This document shows positions 51,685 to 60,557 of a stretch of 63,904 nucleotides of DNA, one piece after another. The position numbers and the translations under genes are program-made. The stretch's first letter is position 1. The number at the start of each line of letters is the position of its first letter. The notes under the pieces were generated by a model. That model made no database searches. It had not been told where the DNA came from and saw nothing but the letters and a program-made list of their open reading frames with translations. This DNA comes from an uncultured Gemmatimonadota bacterium (GTDB lineage: Bacteria > SM23-81 > DAOVCL01): NCBI GenBank assembly GCA_964626665.1, contig CAZVGK010000019.1, forward strand, positions 1-63,904, written 5' to 3'.

Positions 51685-53415
51685 ATGGCAAATCTAAGGA
51701 AGATTACTATTGACAAATTTCGTTCCATTGATCATGTGGAGTTGTTCTTTCCAGAGAAGACACCAGTTGTTATTGTTGGAGAAAACAATGCTGGGAAGTC
51801 CAACATCGTTGCCGCGATCGACATAGTTTTGGGAGAGCACTATCCTAAAACGCGCATACTGGAGGAAAGGGACTTTTATTTTCGTAATCCTGAACAAAGC
51901 ATTTCTATCATGGCTGATTTTTATGAACCGTTAGCTGGTAAATTCCAACAACTCCATTGGAAATATGACCCCACTGATGATAGAGATCCATTAAAGTTTG
52001 TTGGCATTGATGTGTATGGAGAGCAGAAATGGCCTAGAAACGAAGACAGGGATGATTGCATGTGTATTTTTGTTCAAGCAGAGAGAAGCCTAAACTATCA
52101 GCTCAGCTATCAGACGAAGTATACAATGCTTAGTAAGCTGATGCATGCTTTTCACAAGGAGCTACAGCGTAATCAACAAGTTCGGGATGATCTACAGGAG
52201 GAATTTGAGAAAGTAAAAGGACTATTTGACCAGGTTGATGCATTCAAAACATTTAAGGATACGCTACAAACTGATTTTAGTAGCTTAGTATCATGTATGA
52301 CCTACAAACTTGAGGTAGATTTAGAGGCATATAATCCCACCAACTTTTTCCACGCGTTGCGCGTGCAGGCAAAAGAGAAAGGTGAAGTTCGAGATTTTGA
52401 CGAATTAGGGACAGGGGAACAGCAAGTTCTGGCTATATCTTTCGCACATGCTTATGCCAGAGCGTTACACAAAACCGTGTTGTTAGCAATCGAGGAACCA
52501 GAGGCACATCTTCATCCACAGGCCCAACGGTGGTTAGCAAAAAGAATGTTTGACTTCGCACAAGACGGTCTTCAAATTGTAATCACGACGCATAGTCCAG
52601 CATTTATTAATCTGGCTCAATTGGATGGACTTGTTTTGACAACCAAGACAGATAGGGTGGGTACTACTACGCGCCAGTTAACCAGAGAAGAATTGACAGA
52701 GTACTGTGTTAGCCATAATGCTAACAGACAGAAAACTCAGGCGCAGAATATTTTTGAGTTTTATGCAGCCAATACAACCGAAGCAGTATTAGAAGGATTC
52801 TTCTCCAAATTGATTGTATTAGTAGAGGGACCAACAGAAGCTATGGCTCTCCCAGTTTACCTTAGAGGCTTAAGGTGGGATCCTGTTAGACAAGGAATTT
52901 CATTTATCCCTGTAGGCGGGAAAGGTAACATTCCCCGTTTTTGGCGTCTTTTTACCGCCTTTCGCATTCCAGTGTTTGTGATATTCGACAACGACTCTCA
53001 AGACGATCAGCAGAGTCTCAAAAGGCAAGATATTTGCGAAACTCTTGGCCTTCATGATCCGAATGAAATTCAAGGTGTCCTTGATGAACAAAGGATTACA
53101 GTAAAAAACGGGTTTGCTGTTTTTGGAGGCGACTTTGAGAAAGCCTTACGTCGTAATTTTATTAATGTGGAATATGAAAAACACGAACGCGAAACAAGGG
53201 AGTTTTTAGGTATTGATCCAGGCAACTTAAAAGAATGCAAACCGCTGGTAGCTCGTAGGGTGGCGGAGAAACTTATTGAAGAGGTAGATGAACGGAATGA
53301 GATGTGGAGCCCGTTGATTCAATTGCGCAATGCTTTGCAAGCAATGTTAAAACAAGCACAAGCAATTCATGAACTTTCAGTTGAGACAATAGAGGAAGAA
53401 GGTTCGCCATTTTGA
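51685..53415 (+). CDS. OLD-family ATP-dependent nuclease (ABC ATPase plus TOPRIM)
   Basis: GENNAGKS, LGTGEQQ, IEEPEAHLHP, TTHSP, LVEGPTE, DND. Confidence 0.9.
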   Translation: MANLRKITIDKFRSIDHVELFFPEKTPVVIVGENNAGKSNIVAAIDIVLGEHYPKTRILEERDFYFRNPEQSISIMADFYEPLAGKFQQLHWKYDPTDDRDPLKFVGIDVYGEQKWPRNEDRDDCMCIFVQAERSLNYQLSYQTKYTMLSKLMHAFHKELQRNQQVRDDLQEEFEKVKGLFDQVDAFKTFKDTLQTDFSSLVSCMTYKLEVDLEAYNPTNFFHALRVQAKEKGEVRDFDELGTGEQQVLAISFAHAYARALHKTVLLAIEEPEAHLHPQAQRWLAKRMFDFAQDGLQIVITTHSPAFINLAQLDGLVLTTKTDRVGTTTRQLTREELTEYCVSHNANRQKTQAQNIFEFYAANTTEAVLEGFFSKLIVLVEGPTEAMALPVYLRGLRWDPVRQGISFIPVGGKGNIPRFWRLFTAFRIPVFVIFDNDSQDDQQSLKRQDICETLGLHDPNEIQGVLDEQRITVKNGFAVFGGDFEKALRRNFINVEYEKHERETREFLGIDPGNLKECKPLVARRVAEKLIEEVDERNEMWSPLIQLRNALQAMLKQAQAIHELSVETIEEEGSPF

Positions 53416-53599
53416 GGTTAATTAACTTATAGGAAATCATATACGACTGATTATTTATACTGTAGAAGAATCGTTTTCGATACAACTGGTCTTATGCAGG
53501 GCTAACGTGATACTGTTTACGGGCAGTGGAGTTGGTGCGGGCGAGGCTGGAGAAGGCAAGGAGTGTTTGGAATATGGTAAGAAATGGCTCCCCTGAAAT

Positions 53600-53697
53600 A
53601 AAAAAACCCCGCCGAAACGGGGCGTTCCGCTCGGGCGGAACCACCTCCAAGCATGTTGGATTGTAACAAACATAATTCTTTGCATGGCAAAAGTCAA
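53600..53697 (-). ncRNA. Candidate ~60-nt small RNA with its own promoter and terminator
   Basis: TTGACT(53697-92)-17bp-TATGTT(53674-69), three consecutive hairpins, the last a GC stem followed by U7. Confidence 0.5.
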
Positions 53698-53860
53698 GTC
53701 TTTTTTGCGATGTTCGAAAATTAAAACAGGGGTGTTAGTAGAGTGGGTGCGGGCGAGGTTGAAGAAGGCGAGGAATGTGTGAAACTTGACTGCACGATTT
53801 CCTCCACACTTATAAAAAACTGTGAAGGCTTTTGGTCAATTCTCGTATAAAGGATCACAA

Positions 53861-54928
53861 ATGTCAAACAAGACCTCAAATAGATTACCTGCCAAACCAA
53901 AATCAGATTACTCGTATTTGATCGAAGCCATAGGCGGTTTAATCCAGTCGGCTCGGTCTCGGGTGGTTCAGACTATTAACACGGAGATGGTTCGACTTTA
54001 TTGGGAAATCGGCAGACATATTGTTGAGTATGAGCAAGGGGGGAGCGATCGAGCTCAATATGGTAAAAATCTCTTAAAGAAGCTTGGAAGAGATCTATCA
54101 AACCGTTTTGGAAAGGGATTTAGTTGGCGGAATCTTTTCAATATGCGTCAGTTATATCTTGCCTTTCCAAAATTGCAGGCAGTGCCTGCAAAATTTAATC
54201 AGGATGAAAATCTTCAGGTGCTGCCAGAGGAATTGTCCTGGACACATTTTCTGCTCATCATTCGTGTTGAAGAACCTCTTGCCAGACAGTTTTATATCAA
54301 ACAGTGCCAGTTGGAACGCTGGTCAACGAGGGAACTTGAGCGTCAGATAAATTCAATGCTTTTTGAGAGAATTGCTTTGTCAAAGGACAAAAAGGGAGTG
54401 CTTGAGATAGCGCGAAAAGGTCAGCAAGTATCAAAGCCAGAAGATTTACTGAAAGATCCTTATGTCTTTGAGTTCCTCAACTTGCCCGAGGGCTACAGAC
54501 TCTCTGAAACCGAACTGGAGCGGAGATTAATTGATCATCTCCAACACTTTCTCCTTGAATTGGGTAAAGGCTTCTGTTTCGTCGCCAGACAGAAGCGGGT
54601 TACCATAGGTACAGACCACTTTTACATTGACCTTGTGTTTTACCACCGTATTTTGAAATGTTTTGTTCTCATTGACCTTAAGATGGAGGCTTTCAAACCA
54701 GCCGATGCCGGGCAGATGAATTTCTATCTCAATTACATAAAGGAGAACGAAAGCCAACCGGAGGATAATCCACCCATTGGAATTCTCCTTTGCCTGGACC
54801 GTAACGAGTTATTTGTTAAGTATGCCACTGCTGGAATGGACAATCTCATTCTCACTGGCCGTTTTAAACTGACACTTCCATCAGCAGAATTACTCAAAGC
54901 AGAAGTGCAAAAGGTTTTGGAAGGATAA
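53861..54928 (+). CDS. YhcG/DUF1016 PDDEXK nuclease-domain protein
   Basis: YWEIGRHIVE.EQ.G..RA.YG, LSWTH, WSTRELERQI, KDPY.FEFL, LELGKGF, IDLVFYH, IDLK, GQMNFY. Confidence 0.92.
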   Translation: MSNKTSNRLPAKPKSDYSYLIEAIGGLIQSARSRVVQTINTEMVRLYWEIGRHIVEYEQGGSDRAQYGKNLLKKLGRDLSNRFGKGFSWRNLFNMRQLYLAFPKLQAVPAKFNQDENLQVLPEELSWTHFLLIIRVEEPLARQFYIKQCQLERWSTRELERQINSMLFERIALSKDKKGVLEIARKGQQVSKPEDLLKDPYVFEFLNLPEGYRLSETELERRLIDHLQHFLLELGKGFCFVARQKRVTIGTDHFYIDLVFYHRILKCFVLIDLKMEAFKPADAGQMNFYLNYIKENESQPEDNPPIGILLCLDRNELFVKYATAGMDNLILTGRFKLTLPSAELLKAEVQKVLEG

Positions 54929-54929
54929 A

Positions 54930-57900
54930 ATGACCTCTCACGATATTATTGACAACCGCAACGAGAAGCTTGTGGATCATATCAACAGGATCCTACAAGG
55001 GACTGAGAAAGCCAAGTTCGCCGTTGGCTACTTCTTTTTATCAGGATTTGAGGCGATTAAAGATAGACTAAAGGACCTTAAAGAGCTTCGCCTTCTCATT
55101 GGGAATACCACGAATCAAGCAACACTTGAACAACTTTCAGAGGGATTCAAGCGACTTGAACTGGTGGAACAAGCTGAAAAGGAAATGCGGTTTGTCAGAC
55201 GTGGTGAAGCCAGGCGCCTCAAAGAATAGACCGCGGATAACCTTAGACAGGTTATAGAATTGACGGATCAGACGGACGACCAAGAGGAGATAATCATTAC
55301 TCTTGCTCGTCTTATTGAAGAGAAGCGACTAAAGGTTAAGGTCTATACAAAGGGTCGTCTGCACGCCAAGGCTTACATATTCGACTATGGGAAAGTTTTT
55401 GGTAAAGATGGTAAGCCGATTGAAAGAGAAGAAAATGGAATAGCCATTGTAGGCTCAAGTAACCTTACCCTTTCAGGGGTGACGCACAATACAGAACTCA
55501 ATGTTCTTGTCCAGGGCAATGCCAATCATTCAGAACTCACCAAGTGGTTTGAGGAACTGTGGAACGAATCCCAGGATTTCGATGATGCCCTGATGAACGA
55601 ACTGAAGCAATCGTGGGCAATGGCTCCAGTTAGCCCTTACGATATCTATATAAAAACGCTATATCATCTCGTCAAAGATCGTCTGGAAGAGGCTGAAGGT
55701 AAAGAGGTTCTATGGGATGATGAGATTACCACCAAACTCGCCGATTTCCAGAAGGTAGCCGTCCGCCAGTCCATTCAGATGATAAAGGATTATGGTGGAG
55801 CTTTCATTGCCGATGTTGTCGGTGTGGGCAAAAGCTATATTGGAGCAGCAGTGCTCAAACACTTTGAGCGAACCCGTGGTGCAAGAGGATTGATTATCTG
55901 CCCTAAATCCCTGGAGAAGATGTGGGAAGGCTATAATGAGAAATACCAGCTCAATGCACGGGTGCTCTCCATGAGCATGCTCAAAGAGGCCGAGGAGGCT
56001 GGTCAAAATCTACTTCTGGAAGATGTCAGATTTCGTGACAGAGATTTCACTCTTGTGGATGAAAGTCACAACTTCCGTCACCATACTACTCAGAGATACA
56101 AGGTATTGCAGGCTTTCTTAGGCGCAGGTGCAAGGAGATCTTTATTCCTGACAGCAACTCCTCGCAACAAGACCGCCTGGGATATCTACCATCAGATAAA
56201 GCTCTTTCATCCAGATGATAAAACCGATCTCCCCATTGATCCACAAGATCTGAGGAGATATTTTCAGATGATTGACAGGAGAGAGCGTAAGCTTCAAGAT
56301 CTTCTCCCGAGCATTCTCATCAGGCGGACTCGGCATCACATCTTGAGATGGTATGGGTATGATAGCGAAACCCATCAGCCGGTAGATCCTTCACGGTATA
56401 GAGACTACCTTACAGGACAACGCCGGGCTTATATAATAGTCGGAGGTAGACATCAGTTCTTCCCGAAAAGGGAACTCGAGACCATTGAATACAGCATTGA
56501 GGCCACTTACCAGGGGCTCTATCAGCAGATCCTTAAGTTTCTTGGACGTCCTCGCGGGCAATCGAATGAAGCAAGCAATGATTTGGAGCTTACCTATGCT
56601 CGATATGGGCTATGGAACTATGTCCATAAAGATAAGCAAAAGAAGGCCCCATACACTGATTTGCATCGGGCAGGCAGGAATCTTCGGGGGTTAATCCGCA
56701 TAATGCTCTTTAAGCGCTTTGAATCAAGTGTACATGCGTTCCGGGAGACAATCAAGCGGCTGACCAGGATTCATAGGGGTTTTCTTGCATCGCTCGATCG
56801 AGGGATGGTGCCCGCTGGCGAGGATGCCCAGATATTGTTGTATGAATCCGATCAGATGGAAGAATCGGAGCTCTTCGATGCTCTCAATGAAGCCAGTGCC
56901 AAGTATGACATTAACGACTTCTATGTTGACAGACTAAAAGAAGACATTGAAAAAGACTTCGGTCTGTTCAATAAAATTCTCGGCTTGGTATCAGAAGATA
57001 GAATCCCTCCAGAAAAGGATGCCAAGCTCCAGACTCTATTCAGGGAGTTAGAGAAAGCCCCCCTAAATAATGGCAAAAGGCTTATATTTACCCAATATGC
57101 GGATACTGCTCAGTATCTCTTTGACAATCTGAATCCAAATGGGAAGGAAAAATACATAGAAGTTATCTACAGTGGAGATAAGAGTAAAGAACGTGTAATC
57201 GGACGTTTCGCACCAAAGGCCAACCCTGAGTACCGATTACGAAAGGGTGAGGTTGAAATACAGACCCTTGTGGCAACCGATGTTTTGGCTGAGGGGTTGA
57301 ACCTTCAGGATTGTGATAAGGTGATCAACTATGATCTTCACTGGAACCCGGTGCGCTTGATTCAAAGATTCGGTCGAATTGACAGGGTTGGAACAGAATA
57401 CGAGGTGATCTGGGGTTACAACTTCCTTCCAGAGGCAGAATTGGAGAAGACGCTTGGATTGAAGGAGAAACTCCGTAACCGTATTCAGGAAATCCATGAC
57501 ACTATCGGCGAGGATGCTGTAATACTTGATAACACTGAGCAACTTAACGAAGAGGCGATGTATGCCATATATGAGAAGCGTGGGGATCAACTTACCCTGT
57601 TTGAAGAAGAGGAAGATATCCTGGACATAAATGAGGCCGAGGAGATGCTTCGTCAACTGAGAAGTGAGAATCCAGGTGAGTTCGAACGAATTGCTAACCT
57701 GCGTGATGGAGTGCGAACTGGAAAAGCATCAGAACAAAAGGGCATATTTGTCTTCTGCCAGGCAGGAAGATACCAACAGTTAATTCTGTCAGACAAGGAT
57801 GGCAAGATCATCACCAGGGATATTCCCAAGATTCTTGGAATATTGAAGTGTATCGAAACAGAGAAAGGCCTCCCACTGCCTAAGGATCATAACAAGAAAG

Positions 57901-58271
57901 TGATGAAGATCAAGAAACTTTTTGACGAAGAGGTAAAGCATCGCGCAGCGGAGAGAGAACAGACGATCTCTCTCACGCAAGGTCAAAAGTATGTGCTCCG
58001 GGAATTGCGTCTTGTTTTTGGCAAAACGGAAGACGATGATTTGAAAGCACAACTCAACATATTGGAGAAGGCTTTCAGGCTTCCTGTAACTGTAGCAGTC
58101 AATCGGGGACTCAATTTGTTAAGACGCAATGGCATCGTGGGTGAACAGTTGACAAAGAATCTTACTCGAATATACCACCAACACAATCTGCAAGATCAAA
58201 TTGATCGCCGCAAGATTGGAATTAAAGAGCTCGTTATTCCCAAAATTATCTGCAGCGAAGCTTTGCTATGA
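54930..58271 (+). pseudogene. PLD nuclease-SNF2 helicase fusion with in-frame TAG at 55227-55229
   Basis: ORFs 54930-55229 and 55260-58271 are in the same frame, separated by one TAG. AVGYF, LHAKAYIFD/GSSNLT (HKD), ADVVGVGKS, DESH, TATP, EGLNLQD, QRFGRIDR. Confidence 0.85.
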
Positions 58272-58420
58272 GGAACTCGGTTGGCAGTCAAAATTGCTCT
58301 TGACGAGATTTCTGGCAGATCTGAACGAGTTGAGATTTTTAGGTGTTCCCCTTGGTTAACTCGGGAGCACTTTGGTTGCTCTTATCTCTCTCCTTTAAGG
58401 AAGTGTTCCATAGGTAAGAG

Positions 58421-58687
58421 GTGAAGGCCATGGGATGTGAAAATTATGCAAATCTTAAAGAGACTCATTTGACCAATTGGCCTACGGAACTTCAGGAGGA
58501 AGTAAAAGAATTTGCCGAGTTCTTGCTGGAGAAGAAAGTGAAAAAGCCAAAAGGCAAGCCCAAATTTGGCTGGGCTGGTGCGCTCAAGAACCTCCAAATC
58601 ATTCCGGAAGTAAAAGGCTTTGAGACGGAGCAAGATCGGCAGAAAGAGGGGGCGGATCCTGATGACCCGGCGGAGGTTGGCTCATGA
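58421..58687 (+). pseudogene. DUF2281-like antitoxin fragment
   Basis: PTELQEEVKEFAEFLLEK...PKFGWAGALK with degenerate ends. Confidence 0.5.
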
Positions 58688-60372
58688 AGTCAGAGGAGCT
58701 CGCGGCCATGTTGAAGGATCTCCCGGCCTTGCCTTCCGAGACAGAATGGGTAGAATTCAAAGAGGCCAAGAGAAATTTTGATTTCGATGACCTGGGCACG
58801 TATTTTTCAGCGCTGAGCAACGAGGCCAACCTTACAGGCCAGTCGGCTGGCTGGCTGGTCTTTGGAGTAAGCGACAAGCCGCCCCGTCGGATTGTCGGGA
58901 CTAACTACCGCCGTCAAGCTCCTGGTTTGGATAGGCTCAAACAGGAAATTACCAAGCATACAAACCATCATATCACCTTTCAGAATATCTATGAACTGCA
59001 ACTACTTGAGAGGCGGGTCGTCCTGTTTCAGGTACCACCTTCACCTCGAGGCATTCCTACAACCTGGAAAGGAATCGCTTACGGCCGCATTCACGATGCC
59101 CTTGGACCGTTGAGCCTCGAAAAGATCGAACGCATCCGTAGGCAGGCCACATATGAGGACTGGTCGGCACAGATATGCCACGGAGCCAAGCTGAACGATC
59201 TTGATGAAGAGGCCGTTGCTTTTGCCCGCGGGGAATACAGAAAGAAGTTCCCGGATCTTGCCGGCGAGGTTGAGAAGTGGGACGATATCACTTTTCTAAA
59301 CAAGGCCAAGATCTGCATTAGTGGACAGATCACCCGAACGGCGATTATCCTTCTTGGCCGAAGCGAAGCAGAGCATTTCCTTTCGCCTGCTATCGCCCGT
59401 ATCACCTGGGTGCTCAGAAATAGTGATGGAATGGAAAAGGATTATCAACATTTCGGACCACCTTTGATCCTTGCCGTGGATCAGGTCTTCGCCAAAATCA
59501 GGAATCTGACCTACCGTTATCTTCCCGACATGAGTCTGTTTCCCACCGAAATTTCCCAATATGATCCATGGGTGATCCGTGAGACATTGCACAATGCCAT
59601 CGCACATCAGGATTACACCTTGGGTGGGCGCGTCAACGTAGTTGAGGAGCCGGAGTCGTTACTGGTCACAAACGCAGGAGAATTTTTGCCAGGAAGTGTG
59701 GAAGCGGTGATCCAACGGAATGCACCACCAGAAATCTACCAGAACCGTTTTTTGGCTGAAGCAATGTTCAACCTGAATATGATCGATATCATAGGGAGCG
59801 GAATAAAGCGTATGTTTACGAAGCAAAGGGAGCGTAATTTCCCTATGCCTGATTATGACTTGGGTGAATCCGGCCGGGTTAAGGTTCGTATTATCGGAAG
59901 AGTGCTTGACGAGAATTATACACGGATGCTTATAGCCAAGGAGGATTTGACATTAATGGACGTAATCGCCCTTGACAAGGTCCAGAAGGGGAAATCCTTG
60001 TCCGAAGAAGAGTATAGAAGGCTAAAGGCGAAAAAGTTGATTGAAGGACGACGTCCGAGGCTTTATGTTTCGGCGAAGATCGCTGCCGCTACAGAAACAA
60101 AAGCTGATTATATCAAGAAGCGGGCATTTGAGAAGAAGCATTATAAGGATATGATCATAGCCTATCTTCAAGAGTTCGGTGATGCTAAAAGGACAGATAT
60201 CGATAAGTTATTGCTTAACAAACTTTCCGATGCCCTAAGCGATGCGCAGAAGAGGAACTTTATCAGGAACTTGCTTCAGGAGATGCGGCGGGAGAGAACG
60301 ATCGAGCCGCTTGGGTCCCGACGATGGGCGATATGGCATTTGTCTAAACAGTCTCCGGAATCAGAAGTTTAG
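58684..60372 (+). CDS. AlbA_2 (Schlafen-like) domain/HATPase_c_4/HTH protein
   Basis: ETEWVEFKEA, SALSN, LVFGV.D, RETLHNAIAHQDY, NAG, GSGI, C-terminal wHTH. Confidence 0.85.
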   Translation: MKSEELAAMLKDLPALPSETEWVEFKEAKRNFDFDDLGTYFSALSNEANLTGQSAGWLVFGVSDKPPRRIVGTNYRRQAPGLDRLKQEITKHTNHHITFQNIYELQLLERRVVLFQVPPSPRGIPTTWKGIAYGRIHDALGPLSLEKIERIRRQATYEDWSAQICHGAKLNDLDEEAVAFARGEYRKKFPDLAGEVEKWDDITFLNKAKICISGQITRTAIILLGRSEAEHFLSPAIARITWVLRNSDGMEKDYQHFGPPLILAVDQVFAKIRNLTYRYLPDMSLFPTEISQYDPWVIRETLHNAIAHQDYTLGGRVNVVEEPESLLVTNAGEFLPGSVEAVIQRNAPPEIYQNRFLAEAMFNLNMIDIIGSGIKRMFTKQRERNFPMPDYDLGESGRVKVRIIGRVLDENYTRMLIAKEDLTLMDVIALDKVQKGKSLSEEEYRRLKAKKLIEGRRPRLYVSAKIAAATETKADYIKKRAFEKKHYKDMIIAYLQEFGDAKRTDIDKLLLNKLSDALSDAQKRNFIRNLLQEMRRERTIEPLGSRRWAIWHLSKQSPESEV

Positions 60373-60557
60373 ACATAGCCTTATACATAGGCTATCAGTA
60401 CAACCTATTAAAAATGAATGTGTTCCGTTAATCTAAAGTGGGTTTCGTTCGGCGGTATTTAAGCGATTTTTAGACATAGAAACTGCAGGGACTCCGTATC
60501 TTTGAAGAGGTGTTAAGTGTCTTGGAAACTGTGGATAGGCAAGCAAAAGGTGGAGTT

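Larger units (their letters stand above)
51570..53778 (+). repeat. Three direct copies of the MTase 3' end (cores 51629-51669, 53526-53566, 53738-53778)
   Basis: The 41-bp core matches copy 1 at 38/41 and 34/41. Copy 2 homology extends about 55 bp upstream. Confidence 0.85.

Noticed and set aside
51685-53415. Gabija or retron system
   Set aside because: No UvrD-like GajB and no reverse transcriptase in the window.
60341-60375. Integron attC site
   Set aside because: The inverted pair does not fit RYYYAAC/GTTRRRY, is too short, and there is no intI.
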